Assembly (NCBI GenBank): GCA_965231145.1
Contig: OZ246420.1
Location: forward strand, 450,001 to 482,000
Direction of reading: 5' to 3'
DNA length: 32,000 nt
From: Candidatus Saccharimonadota bacterium
GTDB lineage: Bacteria > Patescibacteriota > Gracilibacteria > Absconditabacterales > Absconditicoccaceae
Below are positions 8,947-19,759 of this stretch, piece after piece (the first letter of the stretch is position 1; each line of letters opens with the position of its first letter). The translations under genes were made by a program, and so were the position numbers. The notes beneath the pieces were generated by a model. The model saw only the letters and a list, made by a program, of their open reading frames with translations. It did not search any database and was not told the DNA's origin.

Positions 8947-8978
8947 AAGAAGAGACGTGCCGCGGCACGTCTCTTCTT
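8947..8978. terminator. Bidirectional terminator between convergent genes
   Basis: Perfect 15-bp stem aagaagagacgtgcc-gc-ggcacgtctcttctt. Confidence 0.8.
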
Positions 8979-8999
8979 GTATGTAGTATCTATCATTTC

Positions 9000-10529
9000 T
9001 TAGTGAATAGTAATCTGCATATGTACACTCTTCATGCTATTGTTCGTCCCATTTGCCATATAGTAGAGAAGGTTATGCGAGAACGGTGTGTCGAACAGTT
9101 GACTTGTTCTCATCTGGCCTGTAGGATGGGAAATGGTCACATGTTTTGGTGTATAGACTACTCCTCTTGTTGCCCATACCGGAAACACTCCTAAGATGCT
9201 TTTTTCTCTAACAGTTAATTCGATGCCGTATTTCTTTTCGAGTCCTGAAATTTCATCCGTATAGGTAGGTGGCACCGTCATCATATAACTAACACTGACA
9301 TGATATGTTCCTTTTGGGAGCGATGCTATATCCACGATATCTTTTGTTGTATCAATCACCCTTTTCCCTTCACTATTAGTAAAGACAATATTCTTCTTAA
9401 TGAACATATCGATCTTGTTATAACTGCTGTTATAATCCCAGAAGTAGATCTGATCGTCACGGAAACTGGTCGTGAGACCCTGGGTTACCAGTGATTTGGT
9501 AAGGCCTCCTCCGATGTCTTCAAGATAGACGTGCACGTAATTGTTATCCAGGAGATAACGAATATTTTTTATGGTGTTTTTTATAATAGTATCTTTTTGG
9601 CTATTGAGGATCGCTGCCACCTCTTCTAGATAATGCTGCTTCTTGTTTGGGAAGTTTCCTCCACGAATGATATCGGTAGCTGCGTTGGTAAACATCCATT
9701 CTCTGAGCTTCTTGTCAAAGTCAGGGATAAGATCCGCAAACATCTGTGAATTTACAAAGATGACTCCTCTCACCTTCTGGTGAAATGCATTTTCGTAGAT
9801 AGCTTTAATATTTTTTCCATCCATGTCGGTAAAGCCGAACTTATTGGACGCGAGAAATGTAATGGTGCTATCTCATGAAAGAAATGTATTGGTCGCCCAG
9901 TCTGGAGCCTGTACAGTGGCAGATGGATCGATCTTATTTGGATAGTAACTGTCCATGAGCTCAATATTTTTGATCCTTGCATCTTTGATAGTAACGATTG
10001 CAAATGAACCGAAAAACCCACCATTTGGACGTTTTTCTGCACTGTTTTGTAGTACGACGAGATATCTTTGTTCGCGATCTTCGCCTAAAAGAGAAAAGAT
10101 GTCGTTGTTGTATTGAGAAATATCACTGACGAGATCGATGATGCCTGCGTAATCATGGAGACCAAGCTGTTTGAGTTGGTCGGGATGATTTGAAAGGTAT
10201 TGGAGGATGTATTGGATATTACCTTTGTTATCTCTGAGAAAATGATCTTCTTCCTTGTCGTAGCTATGTTTTACAGCATCGATAGACATGAGTAGATTCG
10301 CAGTTTTCTGGTCTACTCCCATAAAATAAAATGCAAGGTCTTCCAGATTATTCGCAAAAAGATCTGTCTTGCTCTCGGCAAAAACAAGTCTTGAAACATT
10401 GTTATAGAGAGAAAAACACGAGAAAGCGAGAAATACTAAAATAACAAAACCCCGATTGACGTGTTTTGCATAAAATTTCCAATCTCTCTTTTCTGGCTTT
10501 TTCCAGCCAAATTCCTTATTTATTTGCAT
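9000..10529 (-). CDS. DUF4012 domain membrane-anchored protein (509 aa)
   Basis: Track ORFs 9873-10529 and 9000-9824 are joined in frame by the TGA at 9873. There is an N-terminal TM helix, and LQNSAEKRPNGGFFGSFAIV matches the DUF4012 signature (QN.aE.R.tGGf.Gs). Confidence 0.8.
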
Positions 10530-10661
10530 TACTCATGTGAGGTGTCTTAAATGAGTATTTGTGAGTGTCGAATTGGGATGATGATTAAGTATATACATAT
10601 CTTTATCCAGCGCAAAAGCAATGTGCACTATGATGCTATAGCCTGGTTAGCGTTGACATAA

Positions 10662-11213
10662 TTATGCTACGGTTTTAAATCAGGTTTCCTCTACTACGGA
10701 ATTGTTCGTCATGCAAAGTTCTCTCATGATCGAAACCATTCCATCGCGTAGATTCTTGCCATTGTCTGTGCTAGCACACTCTTCTATCACATAGGTGAAA
10801 TACCCCAGGTCAAATGCTTCCTGTGCAGTTGCAAAGACACAATCATAAATATCATATCCGACAATATGTACTTCTTCGATGTCATATTCCTGTAGTGCTT
10901 TATGAAGATCTGGATTTCATTTGAAACATGATTTCGTTGTTTTCTCCAGCGGTATTTGTGGTTTGTTAGCAGGAATATATGGGGCAATCATATTTTGATA
11001 GTCAGGATGAGACTTGGGAAATGTCCATTGTGCTTGTTGGTCCCATAGTGCCCCTTCTTCTGTATGGAACGACGCATTCACATAGAGATCATACTCTACA
11101 TACGATAATAATTTCTGAGTATATACAAAAGCTGAAGGCTCCTCTGCCATAAATCATTTCTGAAAATCTACGAGAATCAGTGCTTTGCATCTTCCTGATT
11201 GAGGTATTTTCAT
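10662..11213 (-). CDS. Isochorismatase-family cysteine hydrolase (183 aa)
   Basis: Joined through TGAs at 11154, 10917 and 10680. The D/K/C triad context is LILVDFQK-G-F, KTTKSCF and VGYDIYDCV. TAA stop. Confidence 0.7.
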
Positions 11214-11250
11214 GGTTATATATAGATGAGATAAATTACTTTATTGCTCA

Positions 11251-12420
11251 TTAATTCGGTAGAGCCCATCGTGAACTATACTCATCTGACCATGCAAATG
11301 AAAATGTTGGATCGAAAGGATAAATAAGCTTTCAGTCCAGAGAGATAAGTTTCGCCTGGAGTCCGTCACGAAGGAGAATACATCTTATATTGCTTTGATT
11401 TTTGCCTGCCTCACAGAGCTCTGTTCGACTATGCTGGGTACTTTCTTTGATTGCTCATGCTTTTTGCAAGCATGTATAACTTGTTCCGCACTCTTCATGC
11501 TTCTCACTCGCTTCGGTGATGAGCTGTAATTGTATCTCAAACAGAGCTTTTCACCATGCTCTTTTTGCTTCAGATTCATCTTCGTTTGCAAGATTGGTAT
11601 ATCTGTCGTATCGCAGCGTAGCACTCTTCAAATGCTGTCCGGCTCTTCCATACACCAATGCGGCAAGTGTTGGCGTCAATGCAGGTGCATCATCATGAAA
11701 CGCAGAGATTCTATACTGCTCTGCTGCATGCTCACTGTCAGCAAGATACGTAAAGTAATTAAACGCCATATAATGCGGCAACTCATAGTTCATGCAAGGA
11801 TTTTCGATTTCCATATTTCATTCTGCTCTTTGCTCTTTGCTCTTTCAGTTTAATACTATGAACTCTTCTTCGGTGAGTCCTGTAATAACTTTAATCTTAT
11901 CTTCATTGCATAAATAATATTCTCATTTCTTTGCAAGGCGTATTGCCTCCTCTCGAGACTTTTCCTGCGATTGATTATAATGACCGCTTGCGGTCTCCCG
12001 CTGTAGCGGGGTTTTTGGTAAAGGAATAATGAGTTGTCCAAATATGTATGGATAGTTCCAAAAGGGCGATAAGGTGGTGAGAGAATCGAGAACCGTTGCG
12101 ACGCCATTGTTGTCGAGTGTGTCGGGGTTTGTACCGATGTACTGGATGCTCCCAAGCCATAAGATGTCAGCATAGAGTTGTTGCCGAGGCATGAACTGAC
12201 AGAGCTTTTGGTTTGTATGACAGTATTCGTTATATGCAGGAAGCATGGGGGTTTGGAAAATAGCATGCGGCTTTTGTCTTTGTGTTTCAAGATGTGCGAC
12301 ATACGGCATAGGATTGATGCTTTCAGTCAGATGGCTTGCTTTTTGTGTGCGCACAAAAACACTGTTGTAACTTACAACAAGCGCAAGTGATATGGTTATG
12401 ATTCATACAGATTTCCGCAT
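11251..12420 (-). CDS. Signal-anchored orphan protein (389 aa)
   Basis: Track ORFs 11923-12354 and 11551-11814 plus their flanks form one frame with 7 TGAs. The N-terminus MRKSVGIITISLALVV is hydrophobic. An in-frame ctgctcttt-word module lies at 11821-11848. Every codon was checked through to the TAA at 11251. Confidence 0.6.
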
Positions 12421-12431
12421 ATGAAAGACGT

Positions 12432-12902
12432 CTATCTGCTTCTAAAAGCTTTAATTTCCTTCTCCGCTAATCTTGCCGTATCTTTATCTTTAATAAGCTG
12501 TTTTTTCTCTATTTTCTTCCTCAGTTTGCCGACACCTATTGTTACTTTGATAATTCTGAATTTGTTTTCCCATATTGTAAGCGGGACAATAGAAAGTCAT
12601 GTTTTCGTTGTTGCTGCTGCTATCTTCGCAAGTTCTTTCTGGTTGACCAGCAGTTTTCTTCTCCCTTTTGCTTCGTAGCCTGGCACAGAGTCGAAGCTGG
12701 TTTTGGCATATAGAGGGATATCCATATTGGTAATATACAATTCTTTTGTGTCATAGTCGAGCTTTACGATAGCATCTTTGATGTTTACATTGCTGGTTTT
12801 GATAGACTTCACCTCATGTCACTGCAAAACAATACCAGCTTCATACTCCTGCTGGATATCATAGTCACTATAAGCAAATTTATTCTTGGTGATTACACGC
12901 AT
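12432..12902 (-). CDS. smpB: SsrA-binding protein SmpB (156 aa)
   Basis: YEAGIVLQ-G-HEVKS (TGA at 12819) and KT-G-LSIVPL (TGA at 12597) both sit at conserved SmpB glycines. RRKLLV is present. TAG stop. Confidence 0.85.
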
Positions 12903-12907
12903 GTTAT

Positions 12908-13534
12908 TTACTCAATGATAATAACTTCTCCGTCTTTCAGTGTTTTATAGGCGATAGCATGTTCTTGTAAATATTTTTCCATAATTTCTGTTTTCCTTCA
13001 CATCTCTCAGTCTTTATATGTCGACTTATAGTGAGGTATAACCATATAATCAATTAGTTGTACCCCGGGCTCTATAGATGAACGAATTGTTCCATAAGGA
13101 TTTACTGTAGGATCATCAATAAGTTCCATGCCTTCCAGGGTAGGAGCTAATACGCATACTCCAGCGCTGTCTCCTCCATAAACTAAAGTATGGTTTTCTT
13201 TAGAGAAATTCTGAAGGATAATGTCTAATCCACTAAGTCTCATAGCATCTCTGAGCACATAGGTATTTCCTCACATAACTCGCAGGAGATCAATGTTTCT
13301 AATAAGATCTTCTAATATGTCTTGTTTCGTAAAGTAATCTTGCAGATCTATGATCTCTGTATTTACTGAGAGGGTGTTTTTACACTCATTGATTATGTTG
13401 GTATGTACTTCCTGAATATGAGCAACGCCGTCTTTAGCATTCGGTATAATGCCAATGCGAGCATTCTTTGGAAGCATAGCCTTAAGCTCCTCTATCTTTT
13501 CTCCAAATAAATATGAGCTTAAATACAGTTTCAT
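12908..13534 (-). CDS. Peptidase S51 / type-1 glutamine-amidotransferase-like (dipeptidase E family)
   Basis: Track ORFs 13271-13543 and 13007-13258 are joined in frame. VM-G-GNT (TGA at 13271) and GDSAG (nucleophile Ser) are present, with further TGAs at 13007 and 12998. Confidence 0.75.
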
Positions 13535-13554
13535 CGTATACAATAGTTGTTAAA

Positions 13555-15033
13555 TTAGTTAGTAAGTTCTTCCGTATTAATACTCTCAAATACCTCTTTC
13601 AAATCTGCTTCGGCTTTGAGCTCAAAGCCTTTGAGATATTTTGCTAAGTAAGGCTTTTTCTTAATAAGATCTCCGAGTGACTTCATAAGGAAGTCATAAT
13701 CCCCCGCTTTTGGATAGACGTATGTACGAGGATCTAAAAGACCAGTCGGTCTGATGATCTGTTCTACGACCTGATCACTATGATCAATCTCGTATTGAGA
13801 TGGTGTCGCAGAGACAAAGAGAGTTTTTGGAGCTTTCTTGATCTTATCTTTTTGGTAATTTGCGAGATCGTGTTGCTCCCATCTCATCGTCGTTGAGAGC
13901 TCTTCAAAGTTTAGAGGACGATGATCTGCAGCCGATGGTAAACGAAATCCGTGCTCTATAAGCGATCTCTTTCTTGCTTTATCTCCTTCCGGCATAGCAC
14001 GGAGCTGAGGTACAGACATGTGGGACTCGTCGACGATCATCAACATGTCGTCTGGGAAATAGTCGAAAATGGTATATGGAGCTTGTCCCGGTTGTCTCTT
14101 ATCGAAGTAGATACTGTAATTTTCGATACCGTTCACAAAGCCAGTTTCTTTGATCATTCTGATATCGTACATAACACGCTTTCCTATTCTATGAGCTTCG
14201 ATATCTTTACCTGCTTTCTTGAGTTCATCTACTCTATATTTCATCTCAGCTTCTATGGCTTTGAGGATGTTCTCTAAGTCTGACATGTCTTGCAGATATT
14301 GAGAACTTGGCCAGATAAGACACTTTTGCACATTGCCGAGAGCCTTAAATGAGACCGCGTCTTTGCTTTCTATGATCTCGAGCTTATCTTCGTTGAAGTG
14401 CATGCGGTAGATCACGTTTTCAATAGACGCATAGACATCGAGCAGCTCTCCTCTCAGGTCAAAAGTTCCTGGCTCGATTTTGCTCTGCATGGGCTTGTAT
14501 TGCATGGCAATAAGCTGGCGTTTGATAGTGTCGCGGTCGTAGGTTTTCCCTACTTCAAAGTAGATACTATGTTTTTGAAAATACTCTTTTTGTCCGAGAC
14601 CGTAGAGAGATGAGACCGATGAAACAACGATAACGTCTTCGCGAGTCAGGAGCGAAGCCAATGTACCAAGACGGTACATCTCTATTTCTTTGTTGATAGT
14701 TGCTTCTTTCTCGATGTACATGTCCTTATCTGCAAGATATGCTTCCGGCTGATAGTAGTCGAAGTAACTCACGAAATAGTGCACGGCATTGTGCGGGAAA
14801 AAATATTTGAACTCGGTTGCGAGCTGTGCAGCAAGTGTCTTGTTGTGCGAAATAACAAGCGTTGGCTTCTGGAGTTTTTGTATGACGTTGGCCATGGTAA
14901 ACGTCTTACCAGTACCTGTCGCACCAAGAAGCGTGATCGCTTTTTCGCCATTTTGAAAACCTCCCACAATTTTTTCGATTGCTTGTGGCTGGTCTCCTTG
15001 CGGTTGATATGCTGATTCGAGCTGAAATGACAT
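13555..15033 (-). CDS. uvrB: Excinuclease subunit UvrB, C-terminally truncated form (492 aa)
   Basis: GATGTGKT, YYQPEAY, IVDESH and EQIIRPTGLLDP are present. The ORF ends at a TAA about 40 aa after RPTGLLDP. Helicase motifs IV-VI and the UVR domain are absent. Confidence 0.85.
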   Translation of the reverse strand: MSFQLESAYQPQGDQPQAIEKIVGGFQNGEKAITLLGATGTGKTFTMANVIQKLQKPTLVISHNKTLAAQLATEFKYFFPHNAVHYFVSYFDYYQPEAYLADKDMYIEKEATINKEIEMYRLGTLASLLTREDVIVVSSVSSLYGLGQKEYFQKHSIYFEVGKTYDRDTIKRQLIAMQYKPMQSKIEPGTFDLRGELLDVYASIENVIYRMHFNEDKLEIIESKDAVSFKALGNVQKCLIWPSSQYLQDMSDLENILKAIEAEMKYRVDELKKAGKDIEAHRIGKRVMYDIRMIKETGFVNGIENYSIYFDKRQPGQAPYTIFDYFPDDMLMIVDESHMSVPQLRAMPEGDKARKRSLIEHGFRLPSAADHRPLNFEELSTTMRWEQHDLANYQKDKIKKAPKTLFVSATPSQYEIDHSDQVVEQIIRPTGLLDPRTYVYPKAGDYDFLMKSLGDLIKKKPYLAKYLKGFELKAEADLKEVFESINTEELTN

Positions 15034-15095
15034 GCCTCTTTTCTAGTGAGGTAAATAGACAGTATGGTAATAGGGAAAATTAGCATTTTTGCAAT

Positions 15096-15123
15096 CAAAA
15101 AAGAGAGGCAAAACCGCCTCTCT
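15096..15123 (-). terminator. Rho-independent terminator of the 15150-15941 gene
   Basis: Hairpin agagaggc-N6-gcctctct with a T-run on the minus strand. Confidence 0.7.
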
Positions 15124-15149
15124 GTAACATTCTGTAGTAGGTCTGTTTT

Positions 15150-15941
15150 TTATGCTTCTTGCAGCTTCTTAGAGCCGAAGCCCAGCTCTTGTAACTGTGC
15201 GAGTGTCGCCAGTAAGCCTTTACTGCCGCGAGTCGAAAGCAAGCTTGCGATGCCCTCCATCTGTCCGAGATTGTCGCAAAATGCATCGGAATTCTCTAAC
15301 AGAGCGAGGATTCTTGGGTCGCCAGTTGCTCTCAATATCTCTATATTTTGAGCATTTTCTAGTGCCGCTATTTTGTTATAAAGTTCCTTATCGAAACGAG
15401 CAGCAGTTACCAGTGCGTCAAATGCAAAGATGTTCTGAGTAGTTACTGCTTGGGCTTCCTGCAGAATAGCCTGAGCTACTTCTGTTTGTGTAGTTTTACA
15501 CTCTGCCGCCGTTGGTGCTGCTTCAGAAAGCGCCTGCCAGAATAACTTCTTATTCGTCATGCTTAAGCCACCTAAGCATAAATTTGCCATAGGGATATCG
15601 TGTACCTCTATTTCTTTGCCTATAATAGCAGCATTTCCTGGCACAATGGCTAGTTTACCATTTTCTTCCTTTACATAAGGGGTCGTTATTACCTCATTGT
15701 CTTTGTTAAGGTAAAAACCTACATATAATCCTTTTGTATTAGTTGTTGTGGATGATCTGCTTTGATATCTTTCCAGTAGTGTTACGCTGCTTTCGGGAGT
15801 GTACTCAGAAACATCTAAGAGTGATGTGATGAGACTGTATCCCGTAGGTTTGTTGTCTGCTATTGCTACATGAGGTAACAATAGTCTTTTCTGTTTTGCC
15901 AATGTGATGGCGTCTGTTTTGTTGAATTGGTGTGGTTGCAT
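15150..15941 (-). CDS. Orphan protein (263 aa)
   Basis: Intact ORF with a TAA stop and terminators on both sides. The 3-prime ~300 nt are visibly more GC-rich than the surrounding sequence. Confidence 0.55.
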   Translation of the reverse strand: MQPHQFNKTDAITLAKQKRLLLPHVAIADNKPTGYSLITSLLDVSEYTPESSVTLLERYQSRSSTTTNTKGLYVGFYLNKDNEVITTPYVKEENGKLAIVPGNAAIIGKEIEVHDIPMANLCLGGLSMTNKKLFWQALSEAAPTAAECKTTQTEVAQAILQEAQAVTTQNIFAFDALVTAARFDKELYNKIAALENAQNIEILRATGDPRILALLENSDAFCDNLGQMEGIASLLSTRGSKGLLATLAQLQELGFGSKKLQEA

Positions 15942-15985
15942 ACGAGTTGATAATATTTGTTTTTGAGGTGAATAATATGTTTTTT

Positions 15986-16023
15986 AGCCAAAAGAAAATA
16001 CTCCTTTTGATTAGGAGTATTTT
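15986..16023 (-). terminator. Rho-independent terminator of pepF
   Basis: Hairpin aaaatactcct-N7-aggagtatttt followed by a T-rich tract on the minus strand. Confidence 0.6.
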
Positions 16024-16049
16024 ATGGAATATGCTTAGTAAGTCAATAA

Positions 16050-17750
16050 CTACTCTTTTATGAGTTTCTCTCTTTCATTCCAGACGAATTCAGCGAGTTC
16101 CTTAATTCTTGCAGGAGAGAAGTCAAATGGAATGCCGGCTGTTTCATAGAGCATTGGGAGTTTTCTGGTGTATCCAAGCGATAGTGCAGCTATATATTGC
16201 TCCAGCGCTTTCTTTGGATCTGCCATATAGTTTTTCCATACTCCTATTGCTCCAAGCTGAGCGATACCGTACTCGATATAGTAGAATGGTACTTCGAATA
16301 TATGCAGCTGTGCTTGTCGACGTTTATGTGCAAACTTCTCATATCCACTGTAATCTATCCAGGGCATATATTCCCTCAACAGAGAGCTGAATTTTTCATC
16401 TCTTTGTGCAATAGTATGATCTGGATTTTTATAGAGCCAGTATTGAAATGAATCAATAATTGATATCCATGGAAATATATCTAATCCTCCTTCAATCTGC
16501 ATTTCCTGAGCTCTATGAAGCTCTGCTTCGCTTTCGTAGAAATTTCACCAGAAGTACATACTCATGAACTCCATGCTCATAGATGCAACCTCACCAAACT
16601 CGATAGGATAGTTTTTAAATAGATTATTACTAATTGCACCTTCCATGCAGAAGCTATGCATCGCATGTCACGCTTCGTGGACAAATGTCTCTACGTCTCT
16701 TTGAGTTCCTGCTGCATTCATGAAGATGAATGGATAGAGACTCACGGGCATAGAACAATTATATCCCCCAGGTCTCTTTCCTTTTCTTGATGAAAGATCA
16801 AAGCGTCAGTTTTTTTCCATAAGACGGAGATTGTCTCCAAATGGCTTATGAAGAGCCTCTACTGTCGCTATTCCTTTTTGAAGCAGCTCCTCTCCCGTTT
16901 GAAAAGGCTTGAGTGGCTTTTCATCTTTATTTCTTATCTCAAGATCATATGGCTTAAGTGATTCTACTCAAATTATTTGTTTTCTTTTATCATAAATTTT
17001 CTGCAGTATTGGAACTATGTGCTGTTTTACACCTTCATGAAAATTAAATACATCTTGCTGATTGTAGTCAAATCTATTCAGATTGTCCCACTGATATTCA
17101 ACGTAGCTCTCATAACCTGCATTTTTAGCAATGGCGTTTCTTAAGTGAATGAGATCTGTCATAAGATTATCAAGCTTGTTTGCGTCTTCTAATCTTCTAT
17201 TTTGTATTTTTTCATAGATATTTTTTCTCAGATTTCTATCTGGTTCTTGTATCAATTTAGTAGCTTGTTGTAGCGTCAAAGTTTCTCCTTCATGCTCTAT
17301 CATCATAGAGCCAGTAGTTTCTCCATATATTTTTTCTTTTTCAGAATCTTGCGTCTTAAGAGAAATATTTTCTTCTTTATACATTTCGCGAGCTTTCCTA
17401 ATGCTTCTTATCCATATCTCATATCCTTCTTCGCCGGCACTTAACTCCTCTATCCCAGGTAGCTCAAGTACTTTCTGATTGAGTACGTCATCTATCTCCT
17501 GAAGTTTTGGTGATATTTCAGTGATAAAATCATCATATTTTTTCTTCAATGCTTCATTTGCTGTATCACAGGTGTGGCGTACAAACCTTCGATTTACATC
17601 TTCCTGGATTTGAGACTGCAATAAATCATAATCCTTTATCCAAAGCGCCGTCTCTTCTTTTGTGCTTACGGTGCGATTTACTAAATCATCAAGATATGGC
17701 TTGAGATCGTCGTATGTATTCAATACAAACGTATCAAAGGAGAAATCCAT
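16050..17750 (-). CDS. pepF: Oligoendopeptidase F (M3B family, 566 aa)
   Basis: Track ORFs 16968-17753 and 16050-16502 are joined in one frame through TGAs at 16968, 16806, 16668 and 16548. The zinc motif reads H-E-A-[TGA]-H-A-M-H. The frame has no TAA or TAG. TAG stop. Confidence 0.85.
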
Positions 17751-17784
17751 CACTTACATCATAAGGGATAAAAGGCTTGTTGTA

Positions 17785-18366
17785 TTAATTAGTCTTATTT
17801 CTATTTACCCATCGCTGATCATCTTTGTCGGTAAATCGTCGTTCATCATATGCTGTTTCAAGGATCTGAGTACACATCTCTTTTGCAACATCCGTCTTGA
17901 GTCTTTGTCTTGCTGAATCGAGCCAGTTCTTTGCGCGCTGATTTCCAAGATCCCATTGCTCTTTGAGCACCAGGATAAGTTCTATATTATCAGCATCCTT
18001 TGCAATGAGAGATTCTTTACTCTCGCGCTGTTCATATTCTTCCAAGATATGACGCATTGCATTTCCGAAAGGGAGATTTGCTGTGAGATCTTCGATAGCC
18101 TTGTGTTCATCAACTTGTACATATTTCTGATGCACATAGTTATGATCGAGTGTTCTTCCCTCAGCAAGGTCGTGGAAAAGACACATCTGCATTACTTTAC
18201 CAGCATCAACCGTACCATCGAGCATGGCCAATGCATATCAGATGTAACATACCCTGTTCGTATGCTCTGCAACGCTCTGACTTCCGCTTCCAAGGAAAGC
18301 AAATCAACTTCTTGGGGTCTTAGCAAGCATTCCAACTTCGAAAAGAAAATTTGCGACACTTTTCAT
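17785..18366 (-). CDS. HD-domain phosphohydrolase (YfbR/5-prime-deoxynucleotidase-like, 193 aa)
   Basis: PRS-G-FAF, SVAEH, FHDLAE and KDADNIE are present, with TGAs at 18304 and 18238. The ATG is at 18364-18366. Confidence 0.8.
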
Positions 18367-18407
18367 CCACAATAATAATGAATAAAAATACCTTATGTAA
18401 TTCGTAA

Positions 18408-19523
18408 TTATTTAGTAATTATGACAATCTGTCTTCCGACCTTCTGCTTTGGTCTCTTATAGACCTCAGGTAAGAACTCATAATTAATCTTACGGTCATT
18501 ACACCACTCTTCCAAGCTTTCTTTCACGTAGCTCGATGTTCAAAGGTGGATTGGTATCGTAAATACTGCTACTATCTTGTCGTAAAATGTATCAATATTT
18601 TCTAGAAATGCCTTATAGAGTTTCACGATTTCATCCTGTGCTTTGAAAATTTCTTTTTCTGATGTTCTATCGGTAATGATAGGACCAAGCCATCCTTCGC
18701 TTGCTATAACTTGTACGCTCTTAAGAAATGGTTTCTTTCGTGACTCAAAAATATCATGTTTAAATGTCGTGATTCTCTTGTCTGCATGAGCATATTTCTG
18801 CTCCAGCCATCGATCAGCATTTCTTTTCATCGCAGTGATTTCTTTGTCTGATGCGATACAATCATATCCGAGTGCATTTGCCAGAAATGCTGTTGTTCCT
18901 AGTCCTACAAACGGATCATATATGGTCACGTTATTAAATCATAACTCCTTTCATTCTCAATTTGAAGTGCTCAATTCTCAATCCTTATTTAATGTAGAAT
19001 TTAGAATTCAGAATTTAGAATTAGTAAGTTGTGACACTCAAATATTAATGAGCATAAGAGCGAGTTTAGACGGCATCATGCCAATATTCATGCTGTTGAC
19101 TGGCTTGTCAAAGTCGATGGTTTCATAGAGAGCAATGTCTTGGTAGCCAGTTACTTCAATGACTTCTGATTGCTCATTGAGGTCTTCATAGCTTCCTACC
19201 AGGATATACTCTTTTCCTTTCTCGCGAACTTCCATATCGGTCTGATCCAGATCAACTTCTTTAAATCTTCTGGTCAGTCATTTTCCTTTCAGATACTTTC
19301 CTACTGCTCTTTCCGATACTCCGCACAGCTCTGGTACCTCTGAGAGCTCTTCGAGCTTTTTTACTTCTCATCGTTTGATGAGGCCTCCGAGGGAGGCAAG
19401 TTTTTGAGGTGAATTAGTGCTGAAAAGAGCAATATGTCACTGTACGTGAAGATTTTCCGGTTGCACGAGCTCCAGTTCTTTCAGTGAAATTGTTCTATTT
19501 TTCCCAAGGATTGCTCCGTACAT
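18408..19523 (-). CDS. Putative SAM-dependent RNA methyltransferase (UPF0020/Trm11-like, 371 aa)
   Basis: One frame with about 10 TGAs. The SAM motif I is IYDPFVGLGTTAFLANALGYDCIASD, preceded by MPSKLALMLINI. A roughly 35-aa low-complexity insert encoded by 18939-19037 separates the two. Confidence 0.6.
18939..19037. repeat. In-frame word-repeat module (attctca / agaattt words)
   Basis: Sequence is tcattctcaatttgaagtgctcaattctcaatcc...gtagaatttagaattcagaatttagaatt. It is translated as GVSQLTNSKFGILNSTLNKDGELSTSNGEGKELGF, contains 7 TGAs and has no TAA or TAG. Confidence 0.65.
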
Positions 19524-19545
19524 ATTTTCTTTTAAACCTATAAAA

Positions 19546-19602
19546 GCAGCTCGCAGATTGCAGTTAGCAAGTAGCAGACTCTATGCTAGCTGCCAATTGC
19601 TA
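19546..19602. repeat. Word-repeat imperfect palindrome (family A, second copy)
   Basis: Its reverse complement aligns with 134-196. The first 17 nt are identical, then ctgctacttgctaactgc aligns with ctgctagttgctacctgc. Confidence 0.6.
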
Positions 19603-19759
19603 TATGCGAATAAGAATAGTGAATAAGCCATTTTTTTCAAGTAAGAAAAAACCCCAGCACGCAGTCCGTCAACGTTATCTAGGGTTTTTATATTGTAGAA
19701 AGATTCTACCTGTTCTATCAGATGATAGCTCACTATCATCTATCAAAGATTGTGTATTT

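Noticed and set aside
12432-12902. A tmRNA or tRNA gene near smpB, or elsewhere in the window.
   Set aside because: No T-loop-like GGTTCGAATCC motif or its complement occurs in any spacer. The spacers around smpB are only 5 and 11 nt long.
18939-19037. Possible CRISPR array, suggested by short repeated words here and in several spacers.
   Set aside because: There is no regular repeat-spacer periodicity. The words are 6-10 nt rather than 24-48 nt, the tracts are under 110 nt, several are translated in frame, and no cas genes are present in the window.
19640-19700. Intrinsic terminator after ftsZ (aaaaaacccc ... agggttttt).
   Set aside because: The stem is only 4-5 bp with a loop of about 25 nt, which is not convincing.
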